Assembly: GCA_964016885.1 (NCBI GenBank)
Contig: OZ024743.1
Location: forward strand, 238,638,001-238,702,000
Length of the DNA stretch: 64,000 nt
Direction of reading: 5' to 3'
Origin: Eledone cirrhosa
Lineage: Eukaryota
Shown here: piece after piece, positions 46,187 to 59,502 of the stretch
Position numbering within the stretch: the stretch's first letter is position 1
Layout of the letters: each line of letters starts with the position of its first letter
Notes under the pieces: model-generated
Databases searched by the model: none
Told to the model about the DNA's origin: nothing
The model's input: only the letters and a program-made list of their open reading frames with translations
Made by a program: the position numbers and the translations under genes

Positions 46187-46197
46187 TGTATTACTGT

Positions 46198-48602
46198 ACT
46201 TGATCCCTGGGGCGGAACAAGCTAAAACATTCTGGAGAGGAATATGGGAGCAGGATGTTAGACACAATGCCCAGGCAGGGTGGATTGAGACAGTACAGAG
46301 GGAGATCGGTGAGCAGGCACAACAACAGACTGATTTGAGTATCACAGTTGAAACTCTTAAGGGGCAAGCCAAAAAACTAACCAACTGGAAATCACCAGGC
46401 CCAGATGGTGTGCAGGGGTATTGGATTAAACATTTAACATCCCTCCACCCGAAGCTGACGGCCATGTTCAATGACTGCTTGGTGTCGGGTGAGGTGCCAG
46501 AGTGGTTGACAAAAGGTACCACAGTTCTGATAATGAAAGACCGAATCAAGGGTAATGATGTTACCAACTATAGACCTATCACATGTCTGCCCGTAATGTG
46601 GAAACTGTTGACGAGCATTGTGTCTGAGGAAATCTACCATCACCTCCACACAAACAACTTGTTACCGGACGAACAGAAAGGATGCCGAAAGAAGTCACGT
46701 GGTACAAAGGACCAGTTGCTTATTGATAAGATGGTAATGGGGAATTGCAGGAGGAGACACACTGATCTTGCCATGGGATGGATAGACTACAGAAAGGCAT
46801 TTGACATGGTGCCTCATTCCTGGATCACCAAAAGCCTGGAGGTCTTCAGGGTGGCAGATAACATCAGACAGTTGCTGGGCAGGAGTATGGGGTCCTGGGA
46901 GACAGAGTTGACATCAACTGGAGTATCCTTGGGAAGCGTGAAGATCAAGAGAGGTATCTTCCAGGGAGATAGCATGTCCCCTCTGTTGTTTGTCCTTGCC
47001 CTGATGCCCTTGACCATTATGCTGCGAAAAGTGAGAGCAGGATACAAGTTGGGAAGGGGAGAGCTTACCATCAATCACCTCCTCTTCATGGACGATCTTA
47101 AGCTCTTCGGGAAAAGTGAGAAGGAGTTGGATGTGCTTGTTGACACTGTCCGTATTTTCAGCAGTGATATATGTATGCAGTTTGGTATTGGTAAATGTGG
47201 AGTCATTGTGATGAAGAGGGGTAGGTTGAGCAGAAGTAACGGGATCCAGATACCAACAGGTGAGATGATAAAGGAAATTGACTCTGAGGAAGGATACAAG
47301 TATTTGGGCGTTCTGGAGGCTGATGGCATAAAGAACAAAAAAATGAAGGAATTGTTAAGAACTGAATACATTCGGAGAGTAAGGAGCGTATTGAAGTCAC
47401 ATCTGAACAGCAGAAATGCCATAAGCGCAGTAAATTCCCGAGCTGTGTCTATTATTAGGTACAGTGCGGGAATTCTGAGATGGAATGTTGCTGAACAAAA
47501 AGAAATGGATAGGAAGACTAGGAAGCTATTGACTATCTACAACATGTTCCACAAGAGGAGTGATGTCGATAGACTCTACCTAAGGAGATCTGAGGGTGGA
47601 AGAGGTCTTATCAGCATAGAGGACTGTGTTCAGATGGAGAAAAACAACCTATACAAATACGTGACCTATAGTAAGGAGCCAATGCTCAGAACTGTACTGA
47701 AGGAGGGGACAGTAGGCCAGGGGATGTCCAAGGAGGAAATAACATCAAGGAGGAAGAGCAGCCTTAAGGGAAAATCCCTTCATAGTACCTTCTTTGAGAA
47801 AACTGAATTTAGAGATCCACAGACATGGAACTGGTTGAGAAGAGGAGACCTCAAAAAGGCTACAGAAGGAATGCTAATGGCTGCGCAGGAGCAGGCCCTC
47901 AAAACGAAGTGGTTGAAGCACCATATCTACAAGGAGGAGGCTAGCCCACTGTGCAGGATCTGTGGAGAGAGAGAGGAGACTGTGGCTCACATTGTGTCCG
48001 AGTGTAAACACCTAGCCCAGACCCACTATAAGGGCTGGAGACACGATGTGATGGGCAGGGTGATCCACTGGCACCTGTGCAAAGTAAATAATCTACCACA
48101 TTCTGAGAAATGGTATGAGCATAGGCCAGAGGCGGTGATGGAGAACAGTCAGGTGAAGGTGCTGTGGGATTTTAGGATACAGACGGACAAAAAACTGGAA
48201 CACAATAGACCTGACCTGGTGGTTGTGGACAAAGAAAAAAGATCGTGCCTGATTGTGGATGTGGCCTGCCCGTTCGACACGAGAGTGCAAGAGAAGGAGA
48301 GGGAGAAAATTAACCGATACCAGGACCTAAAGTGGGAGGTGAAAAGGATTTGGAACTGCCATGAAGTCAAAGTGATCCCGATTGTCATAAGCGCACTGGG
48401 GACTATCTCCAAAGGTTTCCAGGGATGGTTAAAGAAAATCGGCCCCTTCACGCTTTTTGGAACGCTTCAAAAGGCATGCTTGCTTGGAACAGCAAGAACC
48501 CTCCGATACGTCCTGAATATCTGAGGCTGCAGGTAGTGGCTTGATATTCAATCCAACGGACTTTCCAGTTAACCAACATCAATGACTGAGATTCAAGGAA
48601 TA
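46198..48602 (+). mobile_element. 5'-truncated R4/Dong-clade LINE; uninterrupted RT + CCHC + RLE reading frame to the stop at 48524
   Basis: [40 protein letters not shown]....C, RHD, RPDL..D, K...Y. Flanked by (AAT)n. The ORF-track start at 46074 is SINE/microsatellite read-through. Confidence 0.93.
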
Positions 48603-48625
48603 AAAATAACAATAATAATAATAAT

Positions 48626-50545
48626 GATTTCATTTATTAGCCACAAGGGCCGACATGTAGGGGACAATACAAAGACAAGGACAGTGGGGGTTTACAATAA
48701 GGTCGAGTAAAAGTGCACAATGGCAAGACTAATTTAACAATGAAAATATAAAATATAAAATAAACTATGCAAAATATAACAAAATAAATTCCCCGATAGG
48801 GGGTGGACGACTCTGGGGTGATTCGGGTACCCCACCAATCCTGAACCACCCTGCGCTTCTAGGGCACCCAGGAGAGCACCCCTCTCCTCAAGTTAGCCAG
48901 CCTATAGGCGCATGGTCAGAGTAGGCCCATTCACATGAGCCATTCTTGCCACATTCACCCACCTTTTAGCAAATGTACTGGGGGGCAGCACTTCTCTCTC
49001 CACCCTCACCCTCCTTTCCAGGTGAAACTTGAAGAAGTTGATGAGGGATTGGCCGAAGAGAAAAGTGTCTGTCTTTAGTCCTTTCAACCTGGTCCACCAT
49101 ATAATCTCTTTCGCAACTGCCACCAGACAGAGGAAAATGTCCTGCTCTTCCTGACCTAAGGAAGGTGGCGGCTCGATCTTCACTATGGACTCGGCCGATA
49201 ACTGGATTCGTTCCACACGCGACAGTAGCTGTTCGACATAACTCCACAAGTCAGTAATGCACGGACATTGGACAAGTGCGTGCAGAACGGTTTCGTCGTT
49301 CTGTGCGCATCTTGGGCAGGTCCGTCTGACAGCATTTCCGTGCCTGTAGAGTTTATCCCGAACCGGCAGTGCCCCCCGGTAGCACTGCCAAGCGAGGGAT
49401 TTCTGGAAATTGTCCATCGTCCCCGGCTCAAAAGTCCTCCGGTACAGACTGGTCAGTTCGACTTCGTCGAGGCCCAAAGCTTCTCCGAGTGCGTCATCGC
49501 ACTTGCCCACCACTAATCCTCTATAAAACTCGAGAGTGGAAGTTCCACTGATCGCATTGCCCGCTTGGTAGAGGGCAGTGAGTGCCTGGCAACATTCCAG
49601 GTGCCAGTCACCCAGTCTCGGTCTCTTCTTGACCCAGGACTGCAGCTCAGTCAATGAAATGAGCTGCGGAAAGGCCCGTCTGATAAACGGCGACCACACC
49701 TGTTCACCATTGAGGCAGAATATCTGGAGATGTCGCAGCCTCAACGCATGTCTGCGCATCATTAGCCACGGCATGCCCAGCCCTCCGTGTAGAGGGTGCT
49801 GGCAGCAGATGGACCGCCTCACCAACGGAACTTGTCCCCTCCACAAGAATTTGAAGAGGAGCCGTTCCAACTTGACGAGGCGCGGACGGGGGCAAGGCAC
49901 GACGGTTAGGCGGTAATAGATGACGGACGCGATGTACGCATTCGCCACCTCCGCGCGACATTTCAGTGATAGCTTCCTCCCAGCCCATTTTTGGGTGAGA
50001 CTGGCTACTCTGCTCGTTACCTCGTCCCAATTCTTTTCCACCTGGAGGTCTGGTCCGAACCAAACCCCGAGCAACTTTACTGGTCCGTCCGTCCAGCGTC
50101 CCACGACGCTGTTGGACGGCATGGGCTTGCCTCTCCAGGTTCCGAGCTGCAAGCCCACCGACTTTTCCGGGTTAAGTTTGGCTCCTGTCAACCTTTCATA
50201 TTCTTTCAATAAGGTGCCGACCACCTCGATTTCTGAGGTGTTCGACACCATCACGGTGATGTCGTCCGCATAAGCCGACACCGCCTTTCCACGTCCCGGT
50301 TCGAGCGGGATGCCCTGCAACAGCTCCAGCTTCCGCAGTAAAGGCTCGAGAGTCAATACGTACAGTAGGGAAGAGAGAGGGCACCCTTGACGGACCGATC
50401 GGGAGAGCCGAAATGGTTCCGAGAGGTGGCCATTAACTTTGACCACCGAGCGTGTGCCGCTGTGCATTGCAACGATCCAGCTTCTAAAGGCAGGGCAGAA
50501 GCCAGCTGCTTTGAGGACAAACTCCAGATACCGATGGTCGACCCT
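48626..50545 (-). mobile_element. 5'-truncated Tx1-like LINE (open RT to C-terminus frame, stop at 48902)
   Basis: RVDHRYL, QGCPLS, YADD, CPRC..ETVLHALVQC; 3' end followed by (ATT)n. Confidence 0.92.
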
Positions 50546-53135
50546 CCGGAGACGGTGAATCCACAGATGGTTATGTAACCATACATTCGCCAATCCTCGA
50601 TAAGAGTGTTTAAATATCGAACCTAAACAGTTCGAATAACGGTGAAATGGAGACTAGAACGTCATGTGACAGACTCTCACCCAACAGGTGCTCCCTGGCT
50701 CAGCAGCAGGAACCTGGCTGTCAAACAAATACTGCTGGTGTCGGAGGAGGAAGAAGAAGGAAAGAGACCAGAATCAACTGGACGAAAGAATTGAATAGAA
50801 CTGTTATGCAATGTTACCTGAAAAGTAACCCCAAGGAGAGGGGCTATAGGAGACGGATGCATAACATCTGGAACGAGATTGGTCTATTTAAATTAGATGA
50901 ACAAAAATTGGCCGGGCAGGCTCGGGTAATAAGAACTAATGGGTGGATAAGCGAGCTGGAACTGGAGGAACTGAGCAGAGAGAATAGCTTGGAGATGGAG
51001 GGTGGAGTATGCCAGACAAGCGAGCCAGTGGGAAATGAAGGTGAAGAGGTCGACAGAACGGAGGAACCGCCCGAAGCAGACAATGATCTGAATACTGAGA
51101 TAAATAATACCTGGAACAGAGATACGGCCACTGAGGAGATGAATGCTGACGGGCTAGGACAAGATTCGGTTCACATCCTAAATTTAGTGGTAGATGAATT
51201 GAACAATGATAGTGGGAGACCTATGAACCTAAGATTTGTAGACAGGAAAAAGTTAAAAGAAACAACAGCTAAGGTAAACAAAGTCATCCCATACATTGAG
51301 GCGAGGAGCCTTCACCAGTGCAACAATATCCTCAAAGAAACAGCAAATACGGTGAGGAAACTACTTGGTATAAAAGCGAGAGGAAACAACAGACAAGAAA
51401 GAGCAGAGCCTTGGTGGAAGAAACGACTGAGTGGTCAAATCAGGGAAATGAGAAATGACATTGGAAAGCTTGAGTCACTACTGAATGGGACACTAAAAAC
51501 CATAGACACTAAAATAGACTGGAAATAAAGTACAAAACTAGGAAGAAAAAGCTAAATATTATCATAGAGGAACTGAAGCAACGCATTGTAGCAAAGAGTG
51601 CAAAAATCAGGCGATACGAGAACAGAGTCAGTCAGTATAAACAGAACCGCATGTTCGACAACAACCAGAAAATGCTGTTTGGACAGCTTGAGGGGAAAGA
51701 AAGAGGCAACGACTTGATCCCTGAGGCGGAACAAACTAAAACATTCTGGAGAGGAATATGGGAGCAGGATGTTAGACATAATGACCAGGCAGTGTGGATT
51801 GAGACAGTACAGAGGGAGATCGGTGAGCAGGCACACCAACAAACTGGTTTGAGTATCACAGTTGAAACTCTTAAGGGGCAGGCCAAAAAACTAACCAACT
51901 GGAAATCACCAGGCCCAGATGGTTTGCATGGGTATTGGATTAAAAATATAACATCCCTCCACCCGAAACTGACAACCATGTTCAATGACTGCTTGATGTC
52001 AGGTGAGGTACCAGAGTGGTTGATAAAAGGTACCACAGTTCTGATAATGAAAGACCGAATCAAGGGTAATGATGTTACCAACTATAGACCTATCACATGT
52101 CTGTCCGTAATGTGGAAACTGTTGACGTGCATTGTGTCTGAGGAAATCTACCATCACCTCCACACAAACAACTTGTTACCGGACGAACAGAATGCCGAAA
52201 GAAGTCACGTGGTACAAAGGACCAGCTACTTATTGATAAGATGGTAATGGGGAATTGCAGGAGGAGACACACTGATCTTGCCATGGGATGGATAGACTAC
52301 AGAAAGGCATTTGACATGGTGCCTCATTCTTGGATCACCAAAAGCCTGGAGATCTTCAAGGTGGCAGATAACATCAGACAGTTGTTGGGCAAGAGTATGA
52401 GGTCCTGGGAAACAGAGTTGACATCAACTGGAGAATCCTTGGGAAGCGTGAAGATCAAGAGAGGTATCTTCCAGGGAGATAGCCTGTCCCCTCTGTTGTT
52501 TTTCCTTGCCCTGATGCCCCTGACCAGTGTACTGCGAAAAGTGAGAGCAGGATACGGGTTGGGAAAGGGAGGGCTTACCATCAATCACCTCCTCTTCATG
52601 GACGATCTTAAGCTCTTCGGGAAGAGTGAGAAGGAGTTGGATGTGCTTGTTGACACTGTCCGTATTTTCAGCAGTGATATATGTATGCAGTTTGGTATTA
52701 GTAAGTGTGGAGTCATTGTGATGAGGAGGGGTAGGTTGAGCAGAAGTAACGGAATCCATATACCAACAGGTGAGATGATAAAGGAAATTGACTCTGAGGA
52801 AGGATACAATTATTTGGGCGTTCTGGAGGCTGATGGCATAAAGAACAAAAAAATGAGGGAATTGTTAAGAACTGAATACATTCGGAGAGTAAGGAGCGTA
52901 TTGAAGTCACATCTGAACAGCAGAAATGCCATAAGCGCAGTAAATTCCCGAGCTGTGTCTATTATTAGGTACAGTGCGGGAATTCTGAGATGGAATGTTG
53001 CTGAACAGAAAGAAATGGATAGGAAGACTAGGAAGCTATTGACTATCTACAACATGTTCCACAAGAGGCGTGATGTCGATATTCATTCCAACGGACTTTC
53101 CAGTTAACTAACATCAATGACTGAGATTCAAGGAA
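50546..53135 (+). mobile_element. R4/Dong-clade LINE with N-terminal region, internally deleted
   Basis: ORF pieces 50647-51528 (RINWTKELN, PWWKKRL), 51651-52247 and 52241-53107, highly similar to 46198-47571. RLE region missing. (AAT)n tail. Confidence 0.9.
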
Positions 53136-53160
53136 CAATAATAATAATAATAATAATAAT

Positions 53161-53689
53161 GCTGCCTTTATTAAGGGTTTACACAAAGTAGACATTAAGG
53201 ACAGTACAGGACAATACAGGACGGTACAAAAGAGCATTTCTGCGTGTAAAAAAACAAAAAACAGAGGATGTAATAATAGAACAATGAAAACATTCCCCAA
53301 TAGGGGGGGGGGGGACTTCCGAGGGACATTCGTGGAGAAAGCCCATTAAAAAGCCACAGTGACCCTGATCACCAGGGCAAGTGCCCTTTCCCAGTTTTCC
53401 ACCTTTAATTTACAGACACATACTCAGAGTAGGCCCATTCATTCGGGCCATTCTTACCGCTATCACCCATCTTTCAACAAAATGCTGGGAAGACAGCACT
53501 TCCCCCTCTACCCTGATTTTCCTTTTCAAATGAAATTTGAAAAAGTTAATCAGGGCATCGCCGGAAAGGTAAGTGCTCGTCTTCAGCCCTTTCAAACGTA
53601 TCCACCATACTATCTCTTTCGCCATGGCCACCAGGCAGATAAAAACTGCCTGCCCTTCCCGGCTAAAGGAAGAGGGCGCGACAATCCTC
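53161..53689 (-). mobile_element. Tx1-like 3' fragment
   Basis: Near-identical to 55835-56360. Confidence 0.88.
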
Positions 53690-54069
53690 GAAAAAGATCA
53701 CATCTCAATCTTGTGGAACTTTAGCATCCAAACAGACCGAAAAATAGATGCAAATAGACCTGATATAATACTGAAGGACTTTTAAAAGAGGGTATGCCTG
53801 CTAATTGATATGTCTGTTCCAATAGACAAGAATGTATCTATAAAAAACATTTGAAAAATTGAGCAAGTATAAGGGCCTGGAGATAGAAATTGGAAAAATG
53901 TGTAAATTGAGAACTAAAACAATACCAGTGGTTGTAGGCGCTCTAGGAATGATACCTATGGGGGCTAATGATTACTTATAGCAAATCCCAGGAAACCCGC
54001 GTATAGGAGAAATACAAAAGATAGTACTAATGGGAACTGCCCATATACTAAGGAAGATTCTGTCAATAT
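53690..54069 (+). mobile_element. R4/Dong RLE fragment
   Basis: ILWNFSIQTDRKIDANRPDIIL; IPVVVGALG; GTAHILRKILS. Confidence 0.85.
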
Positions 54070-55794
54070 TGGGGGGGGGGGTCGATGTTGCTGGTGGTGC
54101 TGATGTTATTGGAGAAGTGTTTGCGTTAGTTGTGTCTTTGTTTTTTGTTGTGTATGTTTTTGTGTTTTGTTGGGGCTTTTTTGGTGAGTTTTCTCTGTTC
54201 TTTTTGCACTTTTGGGTTTTCCTTCATCTTCGCTGCTGGAAGACAAAGGGTCTGTGTCTGTGAGTGTCTCTGTGTCTGTGTGTGCGTTTATTGTTTTGTC
54301 TATGTGTATAATTGTCGGGGGGGGGGGAGTGCTTTCCTCGTTTTCCCCTTGGATTGATTTTGGTGATGGTGGTGATCCGGCTGTTTTTGATGTTGGTGTC
54401 CGTGTCTTTGTAGGTGTTTTTTTTTGGTGGTGGCGGTGCAGATTTCCGTGCTGACACTGGCGTTGGCAACAAGGGAAGTTTGCGACCCTCTGCATTTTTG
54501 CGCTGAGGGCATAAGGCTTGCAGATGCGTTGCTACCCGCAGACGAAGCAGCGTGGCCTTCTTCCGTCAATGATTAGTTGGATTGTTGTCCCGTCCTGCAG
54601 GCGGGCAAAATCCGGGATGTTGTTCATGTCCTCGGGTTTCATTTGGAGAAGAATCTCCAAATCAATTCCGGACCAGTCCTCTCTCTCTGTCCTTTTGATA
54701 TCCAGGAGGGTAGTGTCTGTCCCCTCCTCGATTACGCATCCCAGCAGCCACCATATGTTCATTCCTGGTGGGATGCTGAGAATGCGGATCTTTACTGTCC
54801 TTTTACCCATGTTGGACGGATGCATGATAATGCGTTCCGTTCTGCAGGGGGTCACCGTGTGCTTAATAGCGAGGGCCTCAGTTTTGAACAGTACCGTGAT
54901 AGTACCGAACTGTTTGCCTCGTGCTTTATACTTTATGTTACTTCCGATGTACTCCAAAGCAGCCTCGACCTCTGCTTGGCTGGCAAGTTCCACTTTTCGT
55001 GTCTGCACCGAAATGCATCGAAAGTACACCGTCCTCCTTTGCATGGCCGCTATTGCCTTGTCCGGGATGGTCAGGTTTGCCCAGGACTTCTCCCGTTTAA
55101 TTAGCCTTCACGCTTGGGCCAACTGTTCGTCTTTATTGCTAATATCAATATCAATATTCAATAAGCGCTTTGTTTTGCTGCTGCTGCAGCAAATGTGGTG
55201 CCTCTGTTGCTCCTGTTGTTGGTGTTTTCGTTCTTGCTGTTGTTATTGGTGTTGTTGTTGTTGTTTTGTTTGTTGATGCTGTTGCCACCGCCATCCGTGT
55301 TTACATTGAAGCTGTCGGTGTTATTGTTGTTATTGCTCTGAGTTGTTGTTGTTGTGGTGGTGGTGGCGGTGGTGGTGATGTCGTTTTCAGATGATACTGC
55401 TGCTATCACAGAAGGTTGTGATGGTAGCTTTTCAGTTTTGCCTTCACATTCAGTAGAGTGGACGACAGGCATGACTGTAGCCGTCGTAGTCGTGGTGAAA
55501 TCTACAGTGGCTGCCTTTAAACTTTTGACCTGAACGTTGTTTACTGTTTCAAGGTCGAAAATTTCCATTTTTTTTTTTTGGTGGGGAAGCGATTTTTTTC
55601 GAAGATTCTTAAAAATAAATCTGAATATTCGGACTTAAAGCCCGAATTTTGAGAGGTATCCCTCTCTTTAAATCAAGATGTGTACCTTAGGTTTCGTTAA
55701 CGACAAGAAAATACAAAAATTGACACTTTAAAACAGCTTAAAGTTACGAACCTTTTCCCCCGCAGATTTGTACTGTCTTCACACATGTTCGTCC

Positions 55795-55795
<1 letters not shown>
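54070..55795 (-). mobile_element. Tx1-like 5' UTR + ORF1 without ORF2
   Basis: RRTVYFR, RGKQFGTI, IDGRRPRCFVCG, homologous to ORF1 at 59540-61640; frameshifted. Confidence 0.82.
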
Positions 55796-55832
<37 letters not shown>

Positions 55833-56080
55833 TTTCTTTATTAACCACAAGGGTTTACATAAAGTAGACATTAAGGACAGTGCAGGACAATGCAGGACGG
55901 TACAAATGGGCATTTCTGCGTGTAAAAAACAAAAACAGAGGATATAACAAAAAATAACAATGAAAAATTCCCCAATAGGGGGGAGACTTCGGAGGGACAT
56001 TTGTGGAGAAAGCCCAGTAAAAAGCCACAATGACCCTGACCACCAAGGCAAGTGCCCTCTCCCAGTTTTCCACCTTTAAT

Positions 56081-59000
56081 TTACAGATATATACTCAGAG
56101 TAGGCCCATTCACTCGGGCCATTCTTGCTTCTCTCACCCATCTTTCAACAAAATGCTGGGAAGAGAGCACTTCCCTCTCTACTCTGATTTTCCTTTTCAA
56201 ATGAAATTTGAAAAAGTCAATCAGAGCATCACCGAAGAGGTAAGTGCTCGTCTTCAGCCCTTTCAAACGTGTCCACCATACTATCTCTTTCGCCATAGCC
56301 ACCAGGCAGATAAAAACTGCCTGCCCTTCCCGGCTAAAGGAGGAGGGCGGGGCAATCCTCACGATGGACTCAGATGATAGCTGGATCCGTCCTAAACGCG
56401 ACAGCAGGTGTTCGACATAAACCCACAAGTCAGCAATTTTCGGACACTGGACGAGTGCGTGCAGGACGGTTTCGTCGCCCTGCGCGCATCTCGGACATGC
56501 CCGGCTGACGGCACCTCCATGCCTGTAGAGTTTATCCCGAACTGGCAAGGCTCCTCGGTAGCACTGCCAGGCCAGAGATTTCTGGAAGTTGTCCATAGGC
56601 CCCGGCCCGAAAGTTCTTCCGAAGAGATTGGCTAGTTGATTTTCGTCGACGCCTAGAGTTTCCCCAAGTACGTTGTCGCTCTTCCCCTCCACTAATCCTC
56701 TATAGAACGCCGAGGTGGAGTTTCCACCGATCACATTGCCCGATTGGTCGAGGGCTGTGAGCGCCTGAAGACATTCCAGTCTCCAGGCGCTCCCTCTCGG
56801 TCTTCGCTTGACCCAGGACTGCAGCTCCGTCAAGGAAACGAGCTGGGGAAAAACGCGTCTAGCAAACGGCGACCACACCTGATCACCGTCGAGGAAGAGG
56901 TGGAGATGTCGTAGCCTGAGCGCGTGCCTGCGCATCATCAGCCACGGCATGCCCAGCCCTCCACGTAGCGGGTGTTGACAACAGATGGACCGCCTGACCA
57001 TCGGAGCACGTCCCTTCCACAAAAAGCGAAAGAGCAAACGCTCCAGCGCAGTCAGGCGAGGCTTAGGACAAGTTACGACGGTTAGGCGGTAGCAGATGAC
57101 AGACGCGATGTACGCGTTAGCCACCTCCGCTCGACCTTTCAGGGATAGCTTCCTCTCCGCCCATTTCTGGGTGAGAGAAGCCACCCTGCTCGTCACCTCG
57201 TCCCAGTTTTTGTCCGTCTGGAGGTCCGGACCGAACCAGACCCCTAGCAATTTAACCGGTCCGTCCGTCCAGCGCCCGACGACGCTGTTGGACGGCATGG
57301 ACCTGCCTCTCCAGGTGCCGAGCTGCAGGCCCACTGACTTTTCCTGGTTGATCATTGCTCCTGTCACCGCTTCGTATTCTCTTAGTGTAGTGCCGATCGC
57401 CTCGATGTGTTTGGCGTTCGACACCACTACGGTGACATCGTCCGCATATGCTGACACGGATCTTCCGCATCCTAGTTCGCGCGGGACTCCCCTCAACGTC
57501 TCCAGTTTGTGCAGTAATGGCTCGAGAGTCAATACGTACAAGAGGGACGAGAGGGGACATCCTTGGCGGACCGAGCGCATGATGTTGAACGGTTCCGACA
57601 GGTGACCGTTCACTCTCACCACAGAGCAGATGTCGCTGTGCATGGCAGCGATCCAGCCTCTGAAGACGGGCCCAAAGCCAGCCGCCCTCAGGACTGCCGC
57701 TAGGTAACGATGGTCGACCCTATCGAAAGCTTTCGACTGATCTAAATTGATCAAGGACCCACCCGTGCCAGGTTCCCTAGCTACCCTCTCTACGATGTAT
57801 CGCATGAGGTGGAGGTTGTCGTGGATGGATCTGTCGGGAATGGCGCATGTCTGCGCCTCTCCCACCAGACCACCAACGACAAGCGCCAACCTCTTTGCTA
57901 GCACCTTGGCCAAAATCTTAAACTCTGTGTTTAGCAGAGTTATGGGCCGGAAATTGTCTATGTTATCCCCCTTGTTCGGATCCTTTCTCAGCAGTGCCAC
58001 CGCTCCTCGGCTCACAGAACTGGGAATTCTCTCGTTCTGTTGCCAGTTGCAGTAGACGTCCGCCAAGAGGCCTCCGAACAAGTCTGGCATCTGTACGTAA
58101 AGTTCATAGGGCACACCATCCAAACCAGGCGATTTACCCCTTGTGCAGCCAGTCATTGCCTCCCGTACTTCAGCGGCTGTTATCGGCTTTTCGCAACACT
58201 TCGCCTCAGTGGCCGAGAGCCGCGGCAGTCCGTCGAGGTAGACACTAAAGTCCATCCCTCTACCCGGCCCCCCGCTGCTCCCGAACAGCTGAGCGAAGTG
58301 TCGCTGAAAAGCTTCACACATTTGCCCGGGATCGAGTAGCATGCGCCCGTCGTGGTCCACCAAAGACCGGATCGTGGCTTTGTTGCCACGACGCGCCTCC
58401 GCCACTCGGGCCCATTGAACGGCTTTCGTCCCCTCGTGTCTGAGAGCACGCACCCTAGCTCTGACAACGCAGCCTTCGTGCTTTGCATTGAAGAATTGGT
58501 CAAGGGCCAATTTCGCCGCAAGCACGTCGGTCGCAATGCCTTTGCTAAGCGCCTCGTCTAATTTTCTAACTAGTTCTCCCTCTGCTCTATTTTTCTCTAT
58601 TGCTAAAGCCTTACTAAACCTAATCGATTCTATTCTAATCGCTCTTTTCAGAGCAAACCACCACTTGTTGTTGACGATGGCCCCCGTCAACGCCCGCTTA
58701 ACTAGTTCGCTAATCCGGTCTCTGTAGGCCTTGCGCGCTGGTAAGGACGCGTTTAGCTTCCAGTAGCCGGGTCCTCGTCTATGAAGCCTATCTAAGTCAA
58801 GCACACAGATCACGAATTTGTGGTCCGTGTAGCTGACTATCTTGAATTGTGGACAGCCTATGCTAGACCTATCTATTTCCCTACAAAATACTCTATCTAG
58901 ATATGATCTGGATGACCCTATGCGGTTTGTCCAAGTCCACATTGGCACATTCGGGAAATCCAATCGGTACCTGTCAGACAGTTCAAAACGCCTGAGCAGG

Positions 59001-59502
59001 TTGGTGAGGCTCTTGCACCCTCCACCCCTATCCGCTAATCCCACACAGTCCCAGCGTGCATCTAAGATCCCGTTCCAGTCGCCCACTAACACTAAAGAGC
59101 GCGACGTTCCAAGAAAGGTCTCCAGACGCCGGAAGAAATCAGGCCGCCCTGCTCCTGTCGGGGCATAGACGGCCACTAGCCTGAAAGCTTGCCCGTCTCC
59201 GCTGGTCACGTCCAGCACCACCAGCTTACCCTCTGGGTCCAGGAAGATGGCCCGTATGGCGAGATCCCCAAACCTCTCCGAAAAAGCACAGCAACTCCTC
59301 CACCCGATCCAGGACGGCTGGGAGATGCGTACACATCGTAGCCGCCGAAGATCGGTGCGAAGGCCCGTGCTTCGGAGATTCTGGTCTCGCTGATGGCCAC
59401 TACATCTATGTTTAGTGACCTGAGGTCGTTGAGCAGGTGACCCTGCTTCCATGACGACCCCAAGCCACGCGCATTTATGCTGCCTATTCTGAGTGAGGTC
59501 AT
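56081..59502 (-). CDS. Tx1 ORF2 (APE + RT), one frameshift near 59280
   Basis: MTSLRIGSINARGL..ISETR in the 59206-60630 frame, then VGDWN, SYLDRV, TDHK, QGCPLS, YADD in the 56081-59536 frame. Confidence 0.88.

Noticed and set aside
50546-50605. Hairpin at the R4 5' end as a possible HDV-like ribozyme remnant
   Set aside because: P1, P2 and P3 cannot be assigned; the 5' side is cut by the Tx1 insertion.
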